A stretch of 63,566 nucleotides of DNA, counting the filler, from Reclinomonas americana ATCC 50394 (lineage: Eukaryota): the NCBI GenBank assembly GCA_048213135.1. It is 9 parts of 9 records of this genome, joined end to end, with 100 filler letters (N's around TTAATTAATTAA, not from the genome) between each part and the next. Parts side by side here need not be neighbours in the genome. Positions count along the whole stretch, not along the records: positions 1 to 12,864 come from AFZH01021137.1; positions 12,965 to 23,123 come from AFZH01021139.1; positions 23,224 to 30,335 come from AFZH01021142.1; 6 more parts are not named here. One strand, written 5' to 3'. The notes under the pieces were generated by a model. That model had not been told where the DNA came from, searched no databases, and saw only the letters and a list, made by a program, of their open reading frames with translations. A program made the position numbers and the translations under genes. Of the stretch, positions 12,401 through 23,597 are shown piece after piece (positions within the stretch are counted from its first letter, which is position 1; the number at the start of each line of letters is the position of its first letter).

Positions 12401-12553
12401 TGCTCGCTGTGGTGCTCTCAGTTGACCGCCTGCGGCTCGTGGACATTCACTGCGTCGACAAGGCAGTGTGTGCCAAAGAGCGGCGTGGTGGCCACGTCGA
12501 CGGCGACAGCGTGTGCTACGAGTGGGGACTGCACGTCGGGGTTGAAGATATGA
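5973..12553 (+). CDS. NHL-propeller/FN3/cadherin-like/PAN protein, copy B (complete, 24 exons by manual splicing)
   Basis: Exon 1 (5973-6078) joined to 6202 gives MRLSHSRTPRLAVARTLLCVTAIVHLLILSIAVPANA-QTV, a signal-peptide-like start. All junctions are phase-consistent. It has an extra cadherin exon at 10615-10896 and ends SGLKI*. No TM segment or GPI tail seen. Confidence 0.85.
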
Positions 12554-12864
12554 GTGAATGGCTATGCTTTGGACTCTGTCGCTCGCCGCTGGTCGCGCAG
12601 GCCAGTTCTGTGATGCAACCGAGCGACGGTGGACTGATGTGGATGAGGTGGCAATGAAGAATGTGCATAATCGTGCGTTTAACCACACCACCAACAACGA
12701 TGCCTTCACTGCTTTGCTTGCTTCACGGATCCGGATCCGGCTTTGATTTATTTGCCTGGCTCTGGCTTTCTCGGGAGAACTGGATGTGCCGTGTACGATC
12801 GCAGAAAACGCGATGCGTCGATCCATGTAGGTGCGTCAAATCCACTGTTCAACCACGATTGTTG

Positions 12865-12964
12865 NNNNNNNNNNNNNNNNNNNNNNNNNNNNNNNNNNNN
12901 NNNNNNNNTTAATTAATTAANNNNNNNNNNNNNNNNNNNNNNNNNNNNNNNNNNNNNNNNNNNN
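12865..12964. other. Artificial contig spacer (N44-TTAATTAATTAA-N44)
   Basis: Identical 100-nt spacers with six-frame stops also at 23124-23223, 30336-30435, 43879-43978, 48834-48933, 51421-51520, 54576-54675 and 60718-60817. Confidence 0.98.
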
Positions 12965-13502
12965 AGCGCAGTTGCATTTCACTCACTTCTTGTGTTTGGT
13001 GTGTGAGTTTGGTATGCTCTGCGGAGGCTGCATGATTATAGTGTGAGAAGGGAAGCGAGACAGATTCACGTTTCTCTTTGTGAAACAGCTTGTAATGATG
13101 AGTGAGACGAAGATGCTGAATGTGTGAGAGAGTACGAGAAATGGCAGTCTGCAGGTTTCGCAGTTGGTTTCACTCGCTTCTTCAGTGTATTTGTGTCTGT
13201 GTCTTTCCGTCACATGTATATGCAATCGTTTGCTCGTTTTGTGCTTGTAGAACTAAGAATGAGTTCACCGTGTACAGGGATTTCTCTCTCTCTCTCTCTC
13301 TGTGACTCAGACTTCTTGCTTCCCTTTAGACGGCATCTGTGAGACATACATTCGAGAGTGAGAGATGAGAAAAGAAGCAGAAAGAGAAACGCTCGCCTTC
13401 TCTCCCAGTGAGTGCATTGTGCTGTGGGGAGGCTGCATGTACGAGAGTCACCGTTGTTAGAGTATTCCTGGCAATCACTCACTCCTTCACTTCCCCTTAT
13501 AG

Positions 13503-15550
13503 AAAGAGGAATGGAAGTCTGCTCTCGCCGCCAAGGACATGGAGGAGGACACCTTCCAGCACGCTCTCTTCAGTCAGGACGGCGAAGGATTCGTCGACAC
13601 ACTGAACAAGGCTGCCGATTTCATGGGAGCTGTTGCGTCCTCTCCTCTCTCCTTACCCCATCACACGTGACCCACTGCTCACTGTGTTACGTAAAGGGCG
13701 AGTTTTTCGAGTTCGGCACCGAGCTCTACAAGTGTCTGGCACCCGTGTACGAGACACGGCGTGACTACAACTCCCTGGCTGAGCTGTACAGCAAGCTTTC
13801 GGTGTACAATCGCAAGATTGATCGTGCAGTTGCGACTGAAATTCTCTTCCCTCTCTTTGTTGTCTCGTGTACTCACGTTGTTGGTGTGCAGTTGCGTGAG
13901 CAAAATCGCCTGCTGGGCTCGTACTACTTTGTCACCTTCCACGGCGAGCTGTTTGAGGAGATGAATGGCGGCGAGTACATTTACAAGTTGCCGAAGATCA
14001 CTCGACTTGGCGATGTCACGGAGATGTTTGAGGTGCGTGAACAGAAGATAGCAGTGCGCATCTCTCATTATTGACTCATCCGGGGTGCGCAGCGCGCCTA
14101 CGACGGCAATGTCACAATTGTGGGTCACAATACGAACGTCGCCGACATGCCCACCAGCAAGACACACGGCGTGATTCAGCTGACGTATGTGCAGCCGTAT
14201 TTCACCCCCACCGAGAGTCTCCAGCGCATCACCGACTTTGAGCGCAACTCCAACATTTGTTGCGTCCTTTCATTTGCAACGGCGTTGTTCTGGGTGTGCA
14301 CGTGTGTTGACATGTCTCGCAGCGCACTTTGTGTTCTCAAATGTGTACTCGCAAAATCGATCACGTGACGCACCGCTGGAGGAGCAATGGAAACGCAAGA
14401 CGGTGCTGCCGGTGGACGGCGGGCATCACTTCCCCGGCGTGCTCACCCGCTTCCGCGTGGACACGGCGAGAACGGTGTGTGAGGATCCATGATGATGATA
14501 ATGTTGTCGAGGTGGTGATTGCTGACACGGGGGCGTCGGTGCGCAGCAACGGTTCGAGCTCACGCCGATCCAGAATGCCATGGAGACGATTCAGACACGC
14601 ATCTCCACGCTGGCGCACCAGATTGCGCAAGTGGAGGAGAAGCACGAAGCGGGCGAGAATCCCAATTTGAATCCGCTGCAGATGACGCTGCAGGGTTCTG
14701 TGTTGCTTCGTTGCGTAAGGGGAGAAGAGGGGAAGGGGATTAGAGGGGAAGGGATGGGAGGGGAAGGGTTGAGAGGGAAAGGGAGAAGAGGAGAAGGGAT
14801 GGGAGGGGAAGAGGAGAAGGGAAGGGAGGCGAAGGGATTAGAGGGGAAGGGATGGGAGAGAAAGGGAGAAGAGGAGATGGGTTGAGTGGAGAAGGGATGA
14901 GAGGTGATGGGATACGAGGAGAAGGGTATGAGGACAAGAGACGGATTGTGAGAAGTAGAACTTTTGTCGATCGTTTTTGGCGAGAGAGACGAGGGACGAA
15001 GGAGCAGCCACGCACGCACGCACGTTATTTGAGGAGTCTGCTGGAATGAGAGATGAAAAACGCTTCGTGTTCGTCTCTGAGAAGACATAGTGCTTGCTTG
15101 TGGCTGTGTGTGAGAGTGAAGATGAGTGTGGCAGGCAGCGGCCGGTGCGCTCGTGTATGCCTATGTGTCGAGCGAGTGACAAGAGAAGAAGAATGAGAGC
15201 CAGAAGAAGAGAACGCGTCCTCAATTATCTCACCCCATCTCCACATCCACGCAGAGGTCAATGTGGGCGCGCAGGAGATTGTGCGCACCTTCCTCACCAA
15301 TCCGGAGCGCTTTGCGGCGGAGCACGTGGCCGAACTGCGCAACCTGCTGCGCCAGTTCTTGGACGCGTGTGACTTGGGCCTGACGGTGAACGAGCAATTC
15401 ATGCCGCAGAACTCGGACTTTAGGAGAGAACTGCGCGACGGCTACGCGGAGCTGAGCCAGTTCTTCCAGCCTTACCTGGTGGACCTCTCGCCGCCGACCG
15501 CTCAGCCATTGTCAATAGCCACTGGTGATGGCGCCGATGTGTTCTCTTGA
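13503..15550 (+). CDS. DOCK-family Rho GEF, C-terminal DHR-2 domain (DOCK-C/D-like), 5' partial
   Basis: Spliced motifs RLLGSYYFVTFHG..EYIYK, IQLTYVQPYF, EEQWKRKTVL, ELTPIQNAME and LQMTLQGSVLLQVNVGA match DHR-2. Confidence 0.9.
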
Positions 15551-15634
15551 TGTGTGTGTTGACGTGAAACAAATTGTTGTATAAAAAATTCGGAGAAAAA
15601 GATTAGCTAAAGAGAGTGGATTTGCGGTGCTCGT

Positions 15635-18600
15635 TTACAAGCCGAGCTCATCGACACTCCACAGCTTGTAGGTCAGGTCGTACGAGCAGGTGAGGGCAAA
15701 GGTGCCGTCTGCAGAAGGGGATGGGAGGAGGGAGGTGAGGGCACAGGGAGGAGAGAGAGAGTGAGGGCACAGGAAGGAGAGATAGTGAGGGCACAGGGAG
15801 GAGAGAGAGAGAGAGTGAGGGCACAGGGAGGAGAGAGAGTGAGGGCACAGGGAGGAGAGGGAGGGAGAGAGGAGAGTACGGGGCGAAGGCAATCAATCAT
15901 ACAACGGAATGAGCACAACGAAGGACAAAGTGCAGGCGTGCGGCGACACAAAGCGAGATCCAGGAAGATCTCCAACAGCAAATTGCCCACTCTCGGCAGC
16001 GCACAAACCTCTGGCAATGTCCATCCCCATGACGTATCCATTGTGTCCTGTTAGTCTGGCCAATTCCGTGCAGTCACGCGAGCTCCACACACGACCAGTA
16101 CCGTCAAACGACGTCGAGATGATGGCACTGCCCGACACCGGCTGTGTTGTGGGGGAGAAGACAATAATTAGGATGCGAACATTGAAGCTCATCCGCTCGA
16201 CTGCAGGCACAGCAAACCTCAAACTTGACGGCTGAAATCAACTTTGAGTGCGCCGGATACGTGATGAGCACGTCCTTTTTCCTCAAATCCCACAGCTTTA
16301 CAGTGTGGTCGTCGCTGCCAGTGACGACATGATATCTGGCGTGCACCAAGAATGTGTGAGACAAACGAAGTGCTGGTGCTGAAGAGGACACACACTCACC
16401 CGTCCGGCGAAAAGTCGATTCCCAGCACCTGCATGCATCACGTAGAGTCAGCACGCACGAAGTAGAACACAGCACACATGAGGTGGCGCACTTGCTTCGC
16501 ATGCCCGCTCAAAACCAACAGCGTTCGTCCACTACGCAAGTCCCACACTCGCACAATGCCGCCAACGTCGCTGTTGATCGAGCGAGTCAGTCACATGAAG
16601 CGAACATATGACGCATGGAAATCAACGCAACGATGATCCCAGCAGCGAGCCATCGGGGTGCACGGCCACGCCGTAGGTGCCACGCGCATGTCCCTCCTGT
16701 GTCATCAGCTCCGATTGTGTTCCCAGGTCCCACATTCTCCACGAACGATCAAAACTGTGCACAAAGAGAGATGAGGACGAGCCACGACCAGCTGGAGGAC
16801 GGCTGTATTACTCACCTGGTGGAGAACAGATACTTGCCCGTTGGATGGAACACCACCTTGCAGCAGCGATCGAAATGACCACTCAGTTTGGCAAGTGGAG
16901 TGTTTCTGCGGCGTGGCGGGATGAGCAAAGCGCGGCTGGGAAGAACAGCATGATGGAGACGAACTTTTCCTTGCTCCACAAGTACACGTCGTTCTCGGCA
17001 CCGCACGAGGCGAGAAGTACAGATGAGTCTGTGTCCATGGAGTTGCCGGTGGTCGGGTGGAAGGCGACGCTGGTGATGCGGTCGCGATGGCCTGCGAAGG
17101 GGGAGGGGGAGAAGATAGTGGGTAAAGCGGGAAAAGAGAGGGAAGAGGAAAGAGAGGGAAGCGAAGGGAAGAGAACAGGAGAGAATGGGAGAGCAATGTG
17201 GAGAGCGCAGCATTGACACAAAAACCAGTGTTGAGGCTTTGGTACGCTTTCTCATGATGCTCGTAGGAGAGAGAGGAGAAGGTGTGGAGAAGGGAGGAGA
17301 AAAGAAACGCAGGCAATGAGAAGACTAACACAAAACACCAGAGTTAAAGACACAAGATATAGTTCACGAGAGCGAGAGGAGAGGGGAAAGGGGTTGAAGA
17401 AGGGAGGAGGAGAGAGAACACAGGAAACGGGAAGACTGGGGAATGCAAGAACATGAACGCTAACGCCAGTCCAGAGGGCAGCCAAAGTTTTCCTCAAGAT
17501 ATCGTTCATGGGCGCGATAGGAGAAGGTAAAGGGTGTGAAGAAGGGAGGAGAAAAGAGAACACAGGAAACGAGAAGAATATGAACGCAAACGCCAGTCCA
17601 GAGGGCAGCGAAAGGCTTTCTCAAGATATCGTTCACGGGAGCGAGAGGAGAGGGGAAAGGGTTTGAAGAAGGGAGGAGAAAAGAGAACACAGGAAACGAG
17701 AAGAATATGAACACAAACGCCAGTCAAGAGGGCATCGGTAGGCTTTCTCAAGATATCGTTCACGGGAGCGAGAGGCAGAGGGGAGGAGAAAGAGAAACGC
17801 AGGAAACGAAATGACCACAATTTCCCTCATCCCTTTGCCTTCTACTCACCGCGATAGATCTCCGGCATGTCGGTGGCCGGCTGACACGATGGCAGAGACC
17901 ACATTTTGATGTGCTGCGTCCACGAACCAATGGCGGCCAGGGTTCCGTCGGGCGACAGTGCGCAGGCCGAGAGGGGGCGCTCGTCGCCGACTTGGGAGCT
18001 AATGTTGGTGAAGGAACGGAAGCGTGTGGCCTGCTCGTCCATGCGGGGGTGTACGTGGTTTTCGTAGGCGCGGTATTCGGCGAGGCGGGAGCGGGCCCTT
18101 TGTAGGGGGGAAGGGTGGGGGGAAAGGGAGGGGAAAGTGAGAAGGGTGGAGATGAAGGAGAACGTGATTCAAAGGAACGAAAGAATGGCGAGTGACACAA
18201 CGCCAACTGCAGAACACATGGAGGTGGTGGGATGCAGGGAGAAAGAGACACAGGGCATCGAGATCACCCCCTCTGCTCCCCCACCGTTTCCTCCCAAAAC
18301 GCACCTTTCAAACGAGTACCTCGCAATCACCTCACGCGCCGCCGTCAACTCCGCCGGGCCCTCCGTAAAGAACAAATCGGTGACCGCCGACACATCGGTG
18401 ACACGCGGTCCCGGCTCGGGTTTGCGGAACGCCTCGAAGCGCGACTGCACATCGCGCAAACGCGCCGCCTGCTCCGGATCCCTATCCATTCGCACACACA
18501 GCTCCTTCAGGCGCTCACGACGTTGCATCGGCTGTCGCGCACAAAACAAATCAGTCTCTCGATACACACGCACACAACAGCAGCTGTGCGCGCGCGCCCA

Positions 18601-20249
18601 CGCAACTCCCTCTCCAAAGAACGTCACCACCTGATCGAGTGCGCGCAGCATGGCCTTCACATCCTCCACCGCCGTCACCACGAATTGCTCGCGTGCCTTG
18701 TGCTTGACCTCCAGCTCGGCGCGCAACTCGGCCTCCTTCTCGCGCGCCAGCTTGCCCGACATGCTCATGAGGTGTGCGCGGTGCTCGGCGTCTTCGGCGG
18801 AGTCGTAGTCGCTCTCGTCGGAGCCTGCAAGGGGGGAGGAGAGGGAAGAGTGGGTGATGGGGGAGAGGGGGAAAGGGGGAGAGGGGGAAAGGGGTAAAGG
18901 GATGGAGAGGGAGAGGGAGAGGGAGAGGGAGAGGGAGTGGGAGAGAGAAGCAGAGAAAAGGTTTACGGTGCTGTGAGAGGGCGAGTGAGAGAGAACCTGC
19001 ATTGCGAGACCGCAAGCGAGAAAGATCTGCAAAGAAGAGGAAAGGCGAGAGAGCGGGAAGCGACAAGCAGGGATAAGAGACGCATTGGAGGACAGGAGCT
19101 GAGAAAGAAGCGAGACCGCGAGAGATAAACGGATTGTGAGTGTATGAGTAAACGTGAGAGGAAACTCGGCCAGCAAGAATATAAGAATGTCATGCTGTGA
19201 ATGTGCTGGTCATCAAGACATCTGTTGTTTGTTGGTGAATGAATTGTTGTTGTCGTTGTAACGAGAGACAGGGCATGCGTCGAAGAGAATGACAGGGAGA
19301 GAAAGAATGAGGAGCTGCTTGAGGAGAAGACGACGAGAGGGCAACAAAGAGAAGTGAGTGAGGAAGGAGCGACGGGCAAGAAACACACAGAAGATACGTG
19401 AGACTGAGAGCGATAAAGAGACAAGTCGTGCGAGGGACAACTTGCAAATCCCGACAAACCTTCCATCAGCTGATCGGCATCGACCATTCCCGCCATGGCC
19501 GCATCTTCCTCCTGTAGAATAACAGCAACCAAGCGATCAGAATGAATAGAACGCCAATGACAAGAAAAACAAAAAAAGAGTGTCAACTTGGACATGTCCA
19601 CACATGACTTGCAAAGAAAAGAAGAAGGCGCACAAGGAGAAGGCAAAGGTGGAGAGCAGGAGAGTGTAAGGTGTGAGAGAGTGTTTGTGTGCAACAGTGC
19701 CAGAGATGCAATGCATTAGTGAGTGAGTGAGTGAGTGAGTGAGTGAGTGAGAGAGAGAGAGAGTGCGTGTGTGCGTGTGAGTGTGTGTGTGCGTGCGTGT
19801 GTAAGAGAGAGAGAGAGAGAGTGCGCATCAGTGACAATGCACATGCAAGTGTGTGAGTGAGTGAGCGTGTGAGTGAGTGAATGTGACAGTGCCTCAGAGA
19901 AGGCGCAATCACAATGCACAATGCAAGCGTGAACATGACACAATGCACATGCAAACATGTGCGTGTGTATGTCTGTGCAAAGACAGTTCACCATGCATCC
20001 TTCCCTTCTCCCGCTCCTCACCTTCTCATCCTCCTCTCCTCCATGCGCCACCGCCACACTATCAATCTCCCCAAACGCCACTCTCTGCTGCGCGTGCTGT
20101 GTGCGCGTGGCCAGCAGGCGCGAGACACGCGCACTCTCGGCCTCGACTCGCGCGTCGTCTTCCTCATCAATCGTCGCGCCGTTTTCCTGGTGCTTTCGGT
20201 GCCGCGCAGCCTCGATGCTGGCCTCCTCCAGTGCGTCGTCAATGTCCAT
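15635..20249 (-). CDS. PRPF4: U4/U6 snRNP WD40 protein Prp4
   Basis: SFM motif [26 protein letters not shown], then [18 protein letters not shown] and [12 protein letters not shown]40 repeats include [40 protein letters not shown] and [11 protein letters not shown]. The start codon is inferred. Confidence 0.9.
17280..17810. repeat. ~127-bp tandem minisatellite (about 4 degenerate units) inside a PRPF4 intron
   Basis: GATATCGTTCA recurs at 17498, 17625 and 17752, with a degenerate copy at 17356 and conserved flanks. Confidence 0.85.
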
Positions 20250-20460
20250 GTGGTGGCGATGAGAAGGGATGAAGAGAGAAGATGTCCTGTGAGTTGTCCT
20301 TGCGGCTTCAATTGCATGCATGCATTGCAAGCAAGCAATCACAAGGCCCAATCACTGTCTCTCCCTCCATAACATCAACAACTCGTATAGACACTGTATA
20401 ATCGCGAACGGAAGCAACTTGTCTCTTTTCTTTTCTCTTTGTCTCTCTCTTCTCTTCTCT

Positions 20461-20540
20461 CCCTCTGCTGCGCCACCGCCACACAACCTCCCCAAAGGTG
20501 ACTCTCTGCTGCGTATGCATACGGCCAGCTTGCAGCGCGG
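20461..20540 (-). pseudogene. Degenerate duplicate of part of the first PRPF4 exon
   Basis: GCGCCACCGCCACAC..CTCCCCAAA..ACTCTCTGCTGCG aligns with 20045-20120 (QQRVTFGEV vs QQRVAFGEI) and carries indels. Confidence 0.65.
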
Positions 20541-20554
20541 AGGATCATGCAATC

Positions 20555-20797
20555 TGTAGGTCTAGGTCGATCGCGATATCGATATCGACATCGATATCGA
20601 TAATAATTCCAGAAGTCGACTTCTAATCCTGCAGGGGCGAGCGCATCGTCTGTAGCGTGAATGCAAGACTGCACCAACGTGCCCGACGTGCACAGCGAGG
20701 ACTATGAAGTCTGGTCGACATCGACATCGACATCGACATCGCGATCGATATAGATTGATCTTTTCCTCTGAGAGAGAGAGGGAGAGAGAGGGAGAGA

Positions 20798-20842
<45 letters not shown>

Positions 20843-20967
20843 CTAGTCGCCACACGGCGATTGCGACGCTGCACCGACGCTAACATCGAAAACATGAAGT
20901 CAAGTCGACATCGACATCGATATCGACATCGACATCGATATTGATTGTCTTTGGATCTTCTTTTCCT

Positions 20968-21002
<35 letters not shown>

Positions 21003-21085
21003 TAGGATACCGCCACAGTGAATGCGACGCTGCGCCGACGCTAACATCGATGCATGAAATCAAGTCGACGTCGACATCGACCTCT
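20555..21085. repeat. Composite degenerate tandem repeat with (ATCGAC)n and (GA)n blocks
   Basis: 3-4 units of TGCGACGCTGC.CCGACGCTAACATCGA..ATGAAGTCAAGTCGACATCGAC.. separated by GA microsatellites. Confidence 0.8.
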
Positions 21086-21140
21086 AATCTCTTTCTCCTT
21101 TGCCTTGAGAGCACTCACCACACACTCCTCCTTCTCCACA

Positions 21141-21599
21141 ATGCGCGTCACCACCTGCCTCTGGTTCAACACACAAGCGGAAGAAGCCGCCAACTTTTAC
21201 GTCTCGCTCTTTGGCGCCGACGCCGCCGAGATCACCTCTGTGACGCGCAAGCCCGGCTCCCCCGACGCACTGGTCGTCCACGTGCGCCTCCCCGGCGACT
21301 ACTCGCTGACGCTGCTCAACGGCGGTCCCGTGTACACGCTGACACCGGCGGCCTCGCTGGTGGTGCACTGCGCCGATCAGGCGGAGATTGATCACTTGTG
21401 GGAGGGACTGCTCGCCGATGGCGGCGTGGAGAGTCAGTGTGGGTGGTTGACGGATAAGTTTGGCGTGTCGTGGCAGGTGGTGCCGCGGAACCTCGGTCAG
21501 TTGATCAGCAATGCGGGTGGAATGCGGGCCATGATGGGCATGAAGAAGTTGGATGTGGCGGCGTTGCAGGCGGCCGCCGCGAGTGGTGGTGGTGAATGA
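21141..21599 (+). CDS. VOC/glyoxalase-fold protein, PhnB / 3-demethylubiquinone-9 3-methyltransferase family, intronless
   Basis: TCLWFNTQAEEAANFYVSLF..LLNGGP..SLVVHCADQAEIDHLWEGL..CGWLTDKFGVSWQVVP..MMGMKKLDVAAL is the family signature. 152 aa. Confidence 0.92.
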   Translation: MRVTTCLWFNTQAEEAANFYVSLFGADAAEITSVTRKPGSPDALVVHVRLPGDYSLTLLNGGPVYTLTPAASLVVHCADQAEIDHLWEGLLADGGVESQCGWLTDKFGVSWQVVPRNLGQLISNAGGMRAMMGMKKLDVAALQAAAASGGGE

Positions 21600-21954
21600 G
21601 AGAGAGAGAGGAGGGTGCTGCGCGACGGTTTTGCTGCAATTCTGAATCCCTCTTGGTGAAGCAACACATGACTTGATGTCAAGTATTTCGTTTGGGAACC
21701 CTGCGCCGTGGAGGTCGAGAAGCGATCGCGGGAAATCACCTGTGCGCTCCGCAAGATCGAGGTAATGATGTTTCTCGGCCAGTTCGCCTACTGATTCAGC
21801 AATGATGCCACGGCTCCGATATTGACAGCCACACACCCTTCCCCCCTTCTACCCTTATTTTCCTCGTTCACTTCACTTGCCCCCCCACCCTTTCACACAT
21901 GCACATGACACATACAGACCGACGCACAACCATTCCCTCCCTCCCCACTCCCCC

Positions 21955-23016
21955 TCACTGCGACGACGGATCCGGCGGGCTGCTCCCAGCCGATCCCGCG
22001 CTCCCTGCCGGCGGCGACGGCGTCTTGCTCGGCCGCTGTGAGGTCGGCGGTGAGACGGCGGCTTGCTTTCGTGCGGCGGCGGCCTCGGCTGCGATTTTGG
22101 AGAAAGTGAGTTTCCCCTGGGGAGCCACAGGATCCTCCGTCAAAGACGCACCTTCCGCTGCCTTGCTTCGCGTATACCTCAGCGTGCACACCGACGTGTC
22201 GCCCCCAGCTACTGAAGTCACGTCAACGTCGGGGTCTGCCTTCAAGTGCTCCACCACGCGGCCGATTGCGGTTCTGTGCTCCGCTGACGCCTCTATTGGT
22301 GTCACGATGACATCAGCACAAGAAACAGAAAATGAAGTTCATCTCCAAGCTTCAAGTACCTCGCCCAAAGTCCGCAGCAGTCAGCACTTGCGCCACGGCC
22401 AGTCGAATGTTGGGCACCGGATCCTCGCCGAGTCGTATCAATTGATCAAAGTACGTGTCGGCGAATCGCGCCCATCCAATGCCGGTGACCAGCGACGGAC
22501 ACAGGCGCACAAACCTTAACCCCACACACACACAGCAGTCAGCGACAAAGAGCACACAATGTCGGAGAAGGACATTGTCGCAACATTTGCCGCTTCTGGA
22601 ACGTCTCACTCCTTGCCATCTCCAACAGCACGTCGCGGAACAAGGACGTGGAGCTGGCGCTCTCGAGCACCCTCATCACCGTGCCCAGCTCACCCAGCGC
22701 CGCCAACCGCACCTCGGCGAACGGATCCTGCAGCAGATTGCGTGCAATGGGCTCCAGCGTGCTCTGCAAACAGCTCGATGGGCACGACACAGCCAGCTGG
22801 CCGAGTTGTCTGCAAAGTGGAGAAGTGAGTGACGTGTATTGTCATGAACGGGGGAGTGAGGGATGAGCGCGCGCGCAACTGTGCAATGGACAGTCGAATC
22901 CGCCAATTTTGTGTGGCACTCAACAGCTCCGACACCACCGGTAAAAACCTCTCCACCAGTGCTGGTGAGAGGGCCTGGAAGAACTGGCACAGCGATTGCA
23001 CCACTCCGATTTTGAC
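21955..23016 (-). CDS. HEAT-repeat phosphatase scaffold, PP4 regulatory subunit 1-like (3' part)
   Basis: NWRIRLSIAQQL, LLQDPFAEVRLAA, FQKRQMFV, LGEDPVPNIRLAVA and LKADPDVDV are PP2A-A/PPP4R1-type HEAT motifs. 5' end is lost in the gap. Confidence 0.75.
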
Positions 23017-23223
23017 CTGCGGGATGGGGAGAGGAGAGGATGAGAAGGGAGTGATGGGGAAGAGAGGGGAGGGGAAGGAGACGGAGGAGAGGAGAGGGAG
23101 AAGAGGAGAGGAGAGGGAGGAGANNNNNNNNNNNNNNNNNNNNNNNNNNNNNNNNNNNNNNNNNNNNTTAATTAATTAANNNNNNNNNNNNNNNNNNNNN
23201 NNNNNNNNNNNNNNNNNNNNNNN

Positions 23224-23272
<49 letters not shown>

Positions 23273-23597
23273 CGCATGCAGTTATTCTCTTCGTCCCCAC
23301 GCTCTTCCCTAATCACTCTTCCCCCTATGACTAGAGGAAAGAAGAGCTGCAACCAACACGGAAGCAACGTGAGCGATGCGTCTTTGTACGCATCTATGCA
23401 GTAAGAGATGGACAGAGATAGAGAGAGATAGAGAGAGAGCGCGCGCGCGAAAGAGCACAGCAGTAATACATGTGCCCTTTACCACCTCTCTTTCCGACTC
23501 GCAAATCCCCCTTGTGTTCTTCTCCGTCCTCCCTTCCTTTCCCCTTCTCTCACTACCTCCGCCCTTCCCCTTTTACCCCTTCCCCATTTACCACCCA

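Noticed and set aside
267..12553. Prokaryotic origin of the window, or DGR-type diversification of the array
   Set aside because: Spliceosomal introns occur throughout. No reverse transcriptase, template repeat or evident adenine-specific variation was seen.
11372..12826. Long antisense ORFs over the array (484 aa, 351 aa)
   Set aside because: Shadow frames of GC-rich exons, not kept intact between paralogs.
12909..12920. Repeated TTAATTAATTAA palindrome
   Set aside because: Always centred in N44 runs. It is an artificial six-frame-stop linker, and ORFs ending in XXX-LIN are artefacts.
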